From the NCBI GenBank assembly GCA_965369655.1, contig CBDUQR010000021.1, positions 1 through 46,754 on the forward strand: a stretch of DNA of 46,754 nucleotides, read 5' to 3'. The translations under genes were made by a program, and so were the position numbers. The number at the start of each line of letters is the position of its first letter. Position 1 is the stretch's first letter. The notes below the pieces were generated by a model. The model was not told where the DNA came from. It did not search any database and was given only the letters and a program-made list of their open reading frames with translations. The stretch comes from an uncultured bacterium. GTDB lineage: Bacteria; Zixibacteria; MSB-5A5; JAABVY01; JAHJOQ01. Positions 10,445 to 19,681 of this stretch are shown piece after piece.

Positions 10445-11680
10445 TCATCCCTTCAATCCTGCCAGATCAGTCAGCACCTGAACGATAGTATCAATATCTT
10501 TTTCTCTCATATATGGATGTGTCGGCAGGGTCATGAGTCTCCCAGAGAGAGATTTCGCGCCCGGTAACTCGGTCCCGGGGTTCGCGAGGTGATCATCGAT
10601 TCCCGGTATTTGATCGATCGCCGATGGATACATCGAACTCGCGCCGATCCCTTGATGTCGGAGACGCCTGATCGCAATGTCTCGGGACTTACGATCCGGC
10701 AGCAATACCGGGAGCCTGAGATATGGAATGGGTCTCTCGGAATCCGCGCCGGGGATAAACAGTCCTGACACTTTACTGAGTCGTTCTATCATCTGCCGGG
10801 AGATATTCTCTCTGACCGAGTTGAGCAAACCTGTGTGAGAAAACATGATCTCGCCGAGTCGCGCCTGCAGATTGCCGAGCCGAGCCATCTCGAATTCGGG
10901 ATCGAACACAGTTTCGCCAAGGCCGAGAAACGGCATTGACTTCGGGAGCCAGTACAACTCCGGTCTCAACAGGAGAGAATATGCCGTCATTTTCACAAGA
11001 GTCATCGACCGGTCCATGCTTCCCGGTCGCGGAAGCGATTCGCTGATCCGCTCGATCCGACTCGCCAGTTCAGGATTCTCCGTCAGCGCAATTCCACCTG
11101 AATATGTGCTCAGGTTCTTGCCTCTGCCGAAACTGAAGAAACCGGCGTCGCCCATAGTGCCCGACATCCTGCAACCGTCCGAGCATCCGAAGGATTGAGC
11201 AGCATCATCGATCAGAAACAGATCGCGATTATCGGCTATTCTATTAAGACTGTCCCAGTCGCATAGCTTGCCGAACAGACTGCAACCGATCAATGCGATA
11301 ACGCGGGAGAAGTCAGACTTGTCGAGTTGCTCGAAATCGTAGTCGAGCGTTTTCGGATCGACATCGCAGAGCATGATTCCCAGGCCGCATTTCGCAATCG
11401 ACGACGCAACCGAAAAACATGTATACGCCGGCATCACGACGACGTCTCGTTTATCATTCGACATTTCGACGAGTGCGCGCAGGATTACCGACAGCGCGGT
11501 CCTTCCGCTGTTGAAATCGAACGCATGTTTCACCCCGACAAAATCACCCACGAGCCGGGCGAACGCAGGCGGCGCTTCCCCCGAACTGCGTCTTATAGCC
11601 GACGCAATATCTCTAAGCGAAATCGGTACACCTGCTGGGGGCTGGAAAAAGAACATTTCCTGCATCCGTTTCACGGCCAT
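10445..11680 (-). CDS. DegT/DnrJ/EryC1/StrS PLP-dependent aminotransferase
   Basis: SGRTAL, PAYTCFSV, IDDAAQS, FSFGRGK (PLP lysine), TLPTHP. Confidence 0.88.
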   Translation of the reverse strand: MAVKRMQEMFFFQPPAGVPISLRDIASAIRRSSGEAPPAFARLVGDFVGVKHAFDFNSGRTALSVILRALVEMSNDKRDVVVMPAYTCFSVASSIAKCGLGIMLCDVDPKTLDYDFEQLDKSDFSRVIALIGCSLFGKLCDWDSLNRIADNRDLFLIDDAAQSFGCSDGCRMSGTMGDAGFFSFGRGKNLSTYSGGIALTENPELASRIERISESLPRPGSMDRSMTLVKMTAYSLLLRPELYWLPKSMPFLGLGETVFDPEFEMARLGNLQARLGEIMFSHTGLLNSVRENISRQMIERLSKVSGLFIPGADSERPIPYLRLPVLLPDRKSRDIAIRRLRHQGIGASSMYPSAIDQIPGIDDHLANPGTELPGAKSLSGRLMTLPTHPYMREKDIDTIVQVLTDLAGLKG

Positions 11681-11694
11681 CGAGGGCGAATCCG

Positions 11695-12765
11695 CTATGG
11701 GAAATTCCTGATCATCCTCGGGCCGAGACGATTTGCCAATCCTAACGGCAATTTCTTCCAGAGTCCTATAAGAATCCTGTACTTCGGATTATTCGGACTG
11801 ATCCGGGGCACTTCGGATATCCTGTTGAGCATGTATTGCCACTCGAGCTGCACAGGCGGCGCTCCCCACTGTTTCTTGAACCTGAATGTTCCGGAGTCAC
11901 GACTCGACCGACCGAAGTCAAAGTGTTTGTAACCTGTCTCGCACGCTCTTTTGATTACAGTCCAGTAAAGAGCATGGTTGGGACAGAGCTTTATATGAGA
12001 TCGCAGCGATGATGCCGACGGGACATACTGGGTACCTTTCCCACTCAGGATCAGACCACCTGCTATTATCTCATCTCCCTTCTCGACCAGTATGATCTCC
12101 GCCTCGCCGGGAAATGCATCCAGCACATTGCGAAACATATCCTTGCCCCAGACCGGCGTTCCGAGGTCACGCATGTTCCGCGCGAACACACGATAAAAGC
12201 TTTCGAGAAACTCTGCGCCGCCGATGTATGTCCTGAGTTCCGACTTGATCGATTTCCTTATCTGATTCCGAAGTTTGGCGTCGAATGATTTCCACAGAAC
12301 GTCAGGGTCATCCGGAAGATCGAGAACGAACGAGACCTTGTCGAGCCTGAGATCGAGTCCAAGGTTGTTGGAATTAACCGATCTCAGTTCGAGAAACTCG
12401 GCGCGCTCCTCTTCGGTTATCGCTCTCGCCGTATCAAGCAGGCTCTGTGCGGCCTCTTCGTCATCGGCGCAGATTCCGCCGTAATCGAGCCAGGGTATGG
12501 ATACTGCGTATCTCTTGTTCCACCATGTCTTCACGATGAAGAGAGGGAGTATTCCTGTCACGCTGTCGCCACGCATGGCGAGCAGGTAGCGCGGTCTGTG
12601 GCCGAGCGACTTTGCGATAACCTTGCGGAATCCGATCCTGTGAGCGATAGTCGCGCAGGGTGACTTCGCAACATAGTCGTCCCACTCTCTCTCGTGTTCA
12701 TCGCTGTATTCAACAACTTTGGTCATGCAGTCGATACCATGCCCATCAGAGTTCTTTCGTATCAA
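11695..12765 (-). CDS. FemAB-like GNAT protein (XrtA/PEP-CTERM EPS-associated type)
   Basis: GILPL, SIPWLDYGG, NMRDLGTPV, FDFGRS, FKKQWGA, SPNNPKY; alternative start at 12726. Confidence 0.85.
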   Translation of the reverse strand: MIRKNSDGHGIDCMTKVVEYSDEHEREWDDYVAKSPCATIAHRIGFRKVIAKSLGHRPRYLLAMRGDSVTGILPLFIVKTWWNKRYAVSIPWLDYGGICADDEEAAQSLLDTARAITEEERAEFLELRSVNSNNLGLDLRLDKVSFVLDLPDDPDVLWKSFDAKLRNQIRKSIKSELRTYIGGAEFLESFYRVFARNMRDLGTPVWGKDMFRNVLDAFPGEAEIILVEKGDEIIAGGLILSGKGTQYVPSASSLRSHIKLCPNHALYWTVIKRACETGYKHFDFGRSSRDSGTFRFKKQWGAPPVQLEWQYMLNRISEVPRISPNNPKYRILIGLWKKLPLGLANRLGPRMIRNFP

Positions 12766-14258
12766 ATCCCATTGCTCTCATATTGTATATCGGTACCAGA
12801 TGCGGGATGCTGCGCCGAGACATCCGCCTGCGACCGACTCGACGCCTCCGAGCATCTCATCATGATCATCGCAAATGTGATCAGAGTCCAGAACTGTGGA
12901 TAGTAGGCAGTCGAGAGAAATATGGCTGACGCCTGATAGGCAAGAATTCCTCCCATTATTGAATCGGCATATCGAACTGTCTCATTTCTTTCTCCCGACT
13001 CAAGCGCTTTTCTCCTGATCGCCGACAGCCGTTTGAATACGAAAAAGAGCATAGCGATATACAGACTGATTCCGATAATCCCAAGTTCCGCCAGAATCTG
13101 CGGCAGTGTGCCGTGAAATGCCCTGCCCCACTGTGTCGCCGGATTCTTGTAACCGGTCACATAATCCGGCATGTATACCCCACCGTTTCCGGCTCCGACA
13201 CCGACGATCGGGTGATCGAGAAACATTTTGAATGCCGCGTGCCAGTAATTCAACCTTGTCGATGCTGTCGTTTCTCCCGTATCGGAAATTGTCTCGATTT
13301 CAGTCCAGTATTCCGACGGGGCGACCGCCAGCAGAACGATCGCGAGCACTACGACTAAGACCAGCATCAGCGCTCTTCGTCTGGATCGCAGCAGGCAGAA
13401 GACGATTGCGACTACCAGTCCGACCCATCCGCCGCGCGAGAAGCTGGAGACTACCCCGAACGTCAGCGCGATCAGTATCGGAACAGAGATCGCCCTGGTG
13501 AGCCATCTTCTTGCGTATGTTACCGTGAAGAACGCGAACGGGATCATCATGTTGAGCGTGAGCGCGAAGTCATTTTCGTCGGCGAGGAACGATGTCCCTA
13601 CTACACCGGAAGTTCTTTGTCCGCCTGTGACTCCGAAACCGGTCAGATAGTTGTATGTCCCTTTCATGGCGAGGAACAGGTGAATCAGCAACAGCAGCCA
13701 GACAAGCTTTCTCAAGCGGCTCTGCGTATTGACGACGTCTGAGGCGATTACAAATATCGTGAATACAAGGATCGACTCTTTGAATATCATGAGCGCATAA
13801 AAATAATTCTCCGCCGATACGACCGTGAACCCGATGAGAGAGATGAAGAATAGATATAACCAACTCAACTTGTTCCAGTAGATTGTTTTCGTTCTCGAAA
13901 CTCTGACAACCCATGCGAACGCCGTCACGGTTATGATCAGGATCGGAATCCTGAGATACTGGAGCGCGGGAACCAGGTCGTAGGGTCTGAGATACTCGAA
14001 CAGGACGTAGAGGAATATCCCGACGAACGGGTTCACCAGCACGAGCAGCCCGGCGAGAATGCCCGGTACGGCGAAGATAACCGAAAGCTGGTACTTGTCA
14101 GGTATCTGAAGCAGCAGAAGCCCTGCCGCGACTGCGATGAGCGCCAGAGCCACAAACGAGAGATGCTTCCATGTCAGGGCGGGCTGGGAAGCACGCACCT
14201 CGCGAATCGCGCCTTCATCGTAATGTGGGGCCTGGCTGCCTCTGGTCTTCTCGACCAT
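12762..14258 (-). CDS. O-antigen ligase/polymerase (Wzy_C) family protein
   Basis: Many TM helices; DENDFA, SFSRGG, RLNYW, HPIVGVG, AFH...ELG. Confidence 0.88.
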   Translation of the reverse strand: MVEKTRGSQAPHYDEGAIREVRASQPALTWKHLSFVALALIAVAAGLLLLQIPDKYQLSVIFAVPGILAGLLVLVNPFVGIFLYVLFEYLRPYDLVPALQYLRIPILIITVTAFAWVVRVSRTKTIYWNKLSWLYLFFISLIGFTVVSAENYFYALMIFKESILVFTIFVIASDVVNTQSRLRKLVWLLLLIHLFLAMKGTYNYLTGFGVTGGQRTSGVVGTSFLADENDFALTLNMMIPFAFFTVTYARRWLTRAISVPILIALTFGVVSSFSRGGWVGLVVAIVFCLLRSRRRALMLVLVVVLAIVLLAVAPSEYWTEIETISDTGETTASTRLNYWHAAFKMFLDHPIVGVGAGNGGVYMPDYVTGYKNPATQWGRAFHGTLPQILAELGIIGISLYIAMLFFVFKRLSAIRRKALESGERNETVRYADSIMGGILAYQASAIFLSTAYYPQFWTLITFAMIMMRCSEASSRSQADVSAQHPASGTDIQYESNGI

Positions 14259-14299
14259 TCACTCTCCATCATCCGGGATTCACCCGTATCGGTAGTCTG

Positions 14300-15802
14300 T
14301 TACTTCGGCTCGGACACCCGAACATCCCGCTGTTTCCGGTCACTTATTCTCGCGATCAGTTGTCCCGCTATCTCGCGTATTTTTCTCTTCTCCTTCTGAT
14401 CGTAGAACCTAAGCGGTATCAGCACGAGCGGGAAGCACAAAGCGATCGGGGTCTTGACCGCTATAGCCACGACAGGTGAATCGAATTCTATCGCCCTGCA
14501 TATCACGAATATCAATAATGCAGCCAGGTACATCTTTGCCAAGCGAAAATACTCGTATGGAACTCTGAAAACTCGTCCGGAGACAAAAAGCGTGAGAATC
14601 GAGAGAAACGCATAAGACAGCAGAGTTGCGTATGCCGCGCCCATCATCTCAAATCGTGAAATCAGAATGTAGTTCAGACCGAGGTTTACCAGAGCAGCGG
14701 CGGTAACATTTATCGCCCGAAGATAGGTCTTCTTCGTCAGCATAATGCCGACATCCAGAATCGGCATCATGTAATAGAAATAGAAGCCCGCCACGATAAA
14801 CGGCACCACTTTGTACGCATCGAGAAAATCGGGCGTCACGAGGATTTTGAGAACATCCTTGATCAGTATCGCCATTCCGAGCGCGAAAAGGATCACCACG
14901 AATGAATTGTAGGTCATCACCCTGGCGTATATCTGTTTCGCGTCTTCCCGATCGGCGATCTTGAACATGAAAACATTCCACATCAGGTTGAACGGGCCGT
15001 GCAGGAGATGAGACAATGCTATGGCGAACTTGTACCCGAGTCCGTAGAGACCGACCATTCTGAGAGTGCTGAAATGTTCGAGAAAATACCGATCGGCGAA
15101 ATTCAGGACAAATGTCCCAAACGAAGCCACCACCAGCGGCGCTCCGAACTTAATCATCTTCATCGCCTTGATGGCCGAGAACCGGATTCTCATCCTCGTG
15201 AAGATCACGATACATAACAGAACTGCGCTGATCCCTACCGAGATCAGGCCGCTATACAGAATGCCGACTATGCCCATCTCTGCGATTACCACAAAGTAGA
15301 TATTCAACGATAGTGCGAGAACCAGCCGGATCATAGAAAACACGACATAGGCCTTCGACCGCTCCCTGATCGTCAGCACTGTCATCGGGATCATCAGTAT
15401 GAGATCGAGGAAATTGCTCAGGAGCAGCAACTGGAAGAAATATGCGTAGTCCGGCTTGCCAAACACCAACGACGACAGCCAGCTTCCGTTCATGATCAGT
15501 ATTGTGGTCGGAATCATTGCGAGTGCGAATGTCGAGATCAGAGCGGTCGTGATGACCTCGTCTCTTTCGTTCTGTTCCTTGTAATCGTAGTAGAATCTGG
15601 TTATTGCGCTGTTGATTCCGAGCACCGCGAGCATTCCCACGATGTCGATCGTCAGGCTGACAAGTTCGAGAATACCATAGTCGGTAGGAGTCAGGAACCT
15701 CGTGTAGACCGGAATCATGATGAACCCGATCATCCTGCTGGCAATCGAGCCGAGCATATAAACAAATGAATGCTTCGAGAGATTCTTCAGTTCTTCAAAC
15801 AT
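14300..15802 (-). CDS. wzx: Wzx-type oligosaccharide flippase
   Basis: 500 aa, about 12-14 TM; IPVYTRFLTPTDYG, NFADRYFL, VGLYGLG. Confidence 0.88.
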   Translation of the reverse strand: MFEELKNLSKHSFVYMLGSIASRMIGFIMIPVYTRFLTPTDYGILELVSLTIDIVGMLAVLGINSAITRFYYDYKEQNERDEVITTALISTFALAMIPTTILIMNGSWLSSLVFGKPDYAYFFQLLLLSNFLDLILMIPMTVLTIRERSKAYVVFSMIRLVLALSLNIYFVVIAEMGIVGILYSGLISVGISAVLLCIVIFTRMRIRFSAIKAMKMIKFGAPLVVASFGTFVLNFADRYFLEHFSTLRMVGLYGLGYKFAIALSHLLHGPFNLMWNVFMFKIADREDAKQIYARVMTYNSFVVILFALGMAILIKDVLKILVTPDFLDAYKVVPFIVAGFYFYYMMPILDVGIMLTKKTYLRAINVTAAALVNLGLNYILISRFEMMGAAYATLLSYAFLSILTLFVSGRVFRVPYEYFRLAKMYLAALLIFVICRAIEFDSPVVAIAVKTPIALCFPLVLIPLRFYDQKEKRKIREIAGQLIARISDRKQRDVRVSEPK

Positions 15803-15838
15803 CCGCGCGATTCCTGCTCTGCATCATAGGTACAATAT

Positions 15839-16885
15839 TTATTGTCGGCTGAAATCGAGATTGATCTCCCTGTCGAGAATTGTTCCTGAGGTTGTCGGCG
15901 GCAATGTCTCTCTCAGGAGAAAATACAGGTCCGATTTGCAGTCATTGTTCCCCGCCGCCGCCGTGCAGGCGTATGAAAACCCGTTACTCGACAAAATCGG
16001 CCTTACCGTCGCATAAAATTCAATATCCCGCCCATACGGATATGCAAATCCAGTCACCGGCTTTTCTATTTTATGCTCGATTTCGCTTTTGGATTCCAGC
16101 AATTCTCTTTCCAATTCACTTGCATCGTAGTCCCTCAGATTAGGGTGCGTGCGAGTATGTGACCCGAACCGGATTCCGTTCTCCGACATTTCTCTGATCT
16201 GATCCCAATTGAGCGGCCTCGGCTGATTGTCAGGTCTCTCGAATTTCAGCATGGAGGCCAGTTCCGTCATACGCTGACCGACATCCCGGTCGGACAGCTC
16301 TCTGAAATGATCCGCGAGCGTTTCGTGCAGAAGCATTTTTCTTTCCGTATCATTGCGGGCTGTCTGGTCTGGCCGTTCGGCTTGCAGACCGGTCACTTCG
16401 CAGATATCATGAATTGAATGCTTCGTCAAATCGAGACCGGCTATCATATCGGCAATATCTTCCCACCAGGGGATGAACTCCCCGTCGATCCATCCGGTTG
16501 TCAGGTAGACTGTCGCGGGGATGTCATATTTCCGCAGTAGAGGATACGCAATATCATAGACTGCGCGGTAGCCATCATCGAATGTAATCGCAATCGAGTC
16601 ATCCTGCAGTTTGCCCGTCTTCTTGATGCAATCGACCGCTTCCTCGACAGTCGTGATCTCTCCACAGGTGCGTACAGCTTTCAGGTGTGCTTCAAACTGC
16701 GCTTTATCGGGCTTGGATCTGAGCAGCGAAGCGGTCGAGTCCGCCGCAGATCCGCCTTCGAGATCATGGTACATCAATATCAGTAGCTTGCGGCTGCGGG
16801 ACCGTTTCAGGCGGCGGTAGAAACGATAGTATCCCAACCCAGAGAGAGATTTCCTGACGAGATCCTTCACAAATCCAGCTCGCAT
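15839..16885 (-). CDS. Polysaccharide deacetylase (CE4)
   Basis: ILMYHD, ITFDDGY, GSHTRTH, FAYPYG. Confidence 0.9.
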   Translation of the reverse strand: MRAGFVKDLVRKSLSGLGYYRFYRRLKRSRSRKLLILMYHDLEGGSAADSTASLLRSKPDKAQFEAHLKAVRTCGEITTVEEAVDCIKKTGKLQDDSIAITFDDGYRAVYDIAYPLLRKYDIPATVYLTTGWIDGEFIPWWEDIADMIAGLDLTKHSIHDICEVTGLQAERPDQTARNDTERKMLLHETLADHFRELSDRDVGQRMTELASMLKFERPDNQPRPLNWDQIREMSENGIRFGSHTRTHPNLRDYDASELERELLESKSEIEHKIEKPVTGFAYPYGRDIEFYATVRPILSSNGFSYACTAAAGNNDCKSDLYFLLRETLPPTTSGTILDREINLDFSRQ

Positions 16886-17389
16886 CCCTGCTTATGACGG
16901 CGATCCCGGCCTGTGACGGTTTCACTTCCTGCGCGACAGGTCGCAATATCCGGGAACAGCGTAGTCATAAAGTTATCGTCAAGATAGCTCCCGATAGATA
17001 ACTAACATAGACTCATTTTGTCAAGAACCGGAATAAAATGGCGACTTTTCCAGCGCGACGAATGATTATCGATCAGGACTCTGATATCAGGACATCCGCC
17101 TCCGACGGCATATGAAGTTGCACTGGGGGAATGATTGTACGATATTGAATCAGCCGTATCGCGGTTCTTGCCACACGGCGCCGGACAGAGTATTCGGTGC
17201 TTCGTGCAAACAGAACTGCCTGAGTGGTAATGAGTTGTGAGAGATCGCCGCTTGAAACTCATCTCGCAGTTCTAATATGAGCGATTGATTTCGCCAAGCG
17301 ATTGAGGCAACCGACCGATAATATAATGGACCGAACGGGCGTTCTGCTGAGCGCGCGGATTACAGATTTCGGATGCAGGAGAGACAAGT

Positions 17390-18574
17390 TTGAACAGCGC
17401 AGAAATGTCAATTCCGGTTATCATTTTCGGGTCGGGAATAACCGCGCTCGGAACCATGCGCAACCTCGCGCGGGCCGGAATACCGGTCTATTGCGGATCT
17501 GAGAAACTCGGGTTCGTCACTCGTTCGAGATGGTACAGGATTCCTCCGATCGGGAAGGTATCCGATCCGGCGGAATTGACGACATTTCTGGAGCGCCTGC
17601 CGTTCGAACGGTGCGTCCTGATGGCGTGCGCCGATAACTGGATCAGCGCGGCAGCTACCTTGCCAGAATCTCTGTCGAAGAGATTCGTTTCCTGCCAGCC
17701 TCCGATGGATACTCTGCAACTTCTGCTGGACAAGGGCGACTTTGCGTCGATTCTCCGCGAAAATGATATTCCTCACCCAGAGACTGTCATTCTCGAATCG
17801 GAGGAGCAGATCAAGGCACTCGATCCGATGCTGTTCGGCGGATCGTTCTTGAAACCGAGGGATTCGCACGCGTTTTTCCGGCAATATGGAGTCAAGGCGT
17901 GCCGGGTGAAATCGCGCGAGGATGCGATGGGGCGGTATGGGAATATTAGTCGCGACGGCCTCACTGTGCTGTTTCAGGAATATATCCCGGGTCCTGCGAG
18001 CAATCATTATTTCATAGATGGTTTCGTCGACCGGACAGGCCAGGTTGCCGCCATGTTTGCCAGACGCAGGCTGCGGATGTTCCCTGAAGATTTCGGAAAC
18101 AGCTCATACATGATCAGCGTTGCATGCAACGAGGTCTCTCCGGCTGTCGACAGCCTCAGGAGGCTGCTGTCGGCGATATCGTACAGAGGGATTTTCTCAG
18201 CCGAATTCAAGTATGATGAACGTGACGACAGGTACAAGATTCTCGAAATAAACGCGAGGCCATGGTGGTTTGTCGAATTCACTGCCAAGTGCGGTGTCAA
18301 TGTCTGCACGATGGCATACAGGGATGCTCTCGGCCTGGATGTGCAGCCAATCGATGGTTACCGGGTCGGCGCGAGGTTCATACATCCATACTACGACGTA
18401 CACATCTGCTTGCAGCTTCTGCGTAGCGGCAGACTCAGCCTGCCGGCATGGGCTGGATCATGGATCGGAGCCGATAGCCCGGTGTTCTGTATTGATGATC
18501 CGATGCCCGCTGTGAGTTGGTTCTCGAAGGGGATTATCAGGAAACTCAAACGGGCATTGGGTGTGAAAAGATAG
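17390..18574 (+). CDS. ATP-grasp ligase (carboxylate-amine / D-aspartate ligase-like)
   Basis: LDKGDF, FLKP, FQEYIPG, SAEFKYDERD, ILEINARPW; TTG start behind AGGAGA (alternative ATG at 17405). Confidence 0.85.
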   Translation: MNSAEMSIPVIIFGSGITALGTMRNLARAGIPVYCGSEKLGFVTRSRWYRIPPIGKVSDPAELTTFLERLPFERCVLMACADNWISAAATLPESLSKRFVSCQPPMDTLQLLLDKGDFASILRENDIPHPETVILESEEQIKALDPMLFGGSFLKPRDSHAFFRQYGVKACRVKSREDAMGRYGNISRDGLTVLFQEYIPGPASNHYFIDGFVDRTGQVAAMFARRRLRMFPEDFGNSSYMISVACNEVSPAVDSLRRLLSAISYRGIFSAEFKYDERDDRYKILEINARPWWFVEFTAKCGVNVCTMAYRDALGLDVQPIDGYRVGARFIHPYYDVHICLQLLRSGRLSLPAWAGSWIGADSPVFCIDDPMPAVSWFSKGIIRKLKRALGVKR

Positions 18575-18616
18575 TATCATGGAAGATACCCCGGGATTCA
18601 GGATGGATCGGGTCAG

Positions 18617-19681
18617 GTGAAAAACGGCGTCAGGACAGGATACTTAAGTGAACAGGAATATGACGCCTGGAACAGAATGGTGTTGCAGTCTCCCCAGGGC
18701 AGCATCTACAGCCTTCCGGAATATCTCGATATTCTTTGCAGCGTCGCCGGAGGACAATTCAGATTGCTCTCATGCTTCAAAGGCGATGAGATTGTCGGCG
18801 GAATTGCATTGTACGAAACTGAGCGACGTTTCGGCAAACTCGTCTCCAATCGCCTGCTCCTGTACTACAACGGCATTGTCCTGAAGGCTCAGAATTCGAG
18901 CTACCCGAGCCAGAGAACATCAAAAGATATAGAGATCATGAGTGCGCTTGAGTCGGAGTTGTCATCCTGTGACTACTCGCGGATCGTACTGCATAATCGG
19001 AGTCCTCTGAACGATATCAGGCCATTCCTGTCGAAGGGTTGGGAGGCGTGGCCGTCGTATACCTATGTTGTTCCGGTCTCCGATTACGACGCCACCTGGG
19101 CAAGGGTGGAACAGAATCAGAAACGTCTGGTGAAACGGTGCGAGAGCAACGGTGTTGTACTATCTGAGGATGATGATTTCGACAGCTTCTACCGCATGCA
19201 TGTCGAAACGCACAAGCGCAAAGGCGCGCCATTGTATCTTCCGCGTGATGCTTTCAGAACATATTTCGAGAAACTCAGTTCGCTCGGGATGTGCAGGCTC
19301 TTTCACGCGCGAATGCCTGACGGTCGCTCGATCGCCGCACAACTCGTACTGATGTGCGGACATCCGGTCACGCACACGGTGACTGCCGCTGCTGATGGCG
19401 AATACCTGAAACTCGGTTCGACACCGTTTTTGCGGGTGAAGGTTTTCGAGAGACTTGCCGCGCTTGGATACGAAGCGAATGATCTGACGGACGCAGACCT
19501 GAATCCGGTCACCCGTTTCAAATCTCAACTCGGCGGTGATCTCGAAATGACGCTCGTACTGAGAAAGACCTATTCTGTCGGTCTGAGGGTTCAGGAGAGT
19601 CTCAGCAGATCATACTTCAGGGCCAGATCGATAGCCGGAAAGATCATCAAGCCAATTCTGGGTCGTAAACGAGATGAGTAA
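18617..19681 (+). CDS. GNAT/FemAB-like N-acyltransferase
   Basis: WNRMVLQSPQGSIY, YTYVV, FKSQLGG pattern typical of Fem-like GNATs. Confidence 0.75.
   Translation: MKNGVRTGYLSEQEYDAWNRMVLQSPQGSIYSLPEYLDILCSVAGGQFRLLSCFKGDEIVGGIALYETERRFGKLVSNRLLLYYNGIVLKAQNSSYPSQRTSKDIEIMSALESELSSCDYSRIVLHNRSPLNDIRPFLSKGWEAWPSYTYVVPVSDYDATWARVEQNQKRLVKRCESNGVVLSEDDDFDSFYRMHVETHKRKGAPLYLPRDAFRTYFEKLSSLGMCRLFHARMPDGRSIAAQLVLMCGHPVTHTVTAAADGEYLKLGSTPFLRVKVFERLAALGYEANDLTDADLNPVTRFKSQLGGDLEMTLVLRKTYSVGLRVQESLSRSYFRARSIAGKIIKPILGRKRDE

Noticed and set aside
17204-17223. sigma54 promoter on the minus strand (GGCA...TTGC)
   Set aside because: GG-to-GC spacing is 11 nt rather than the required 10
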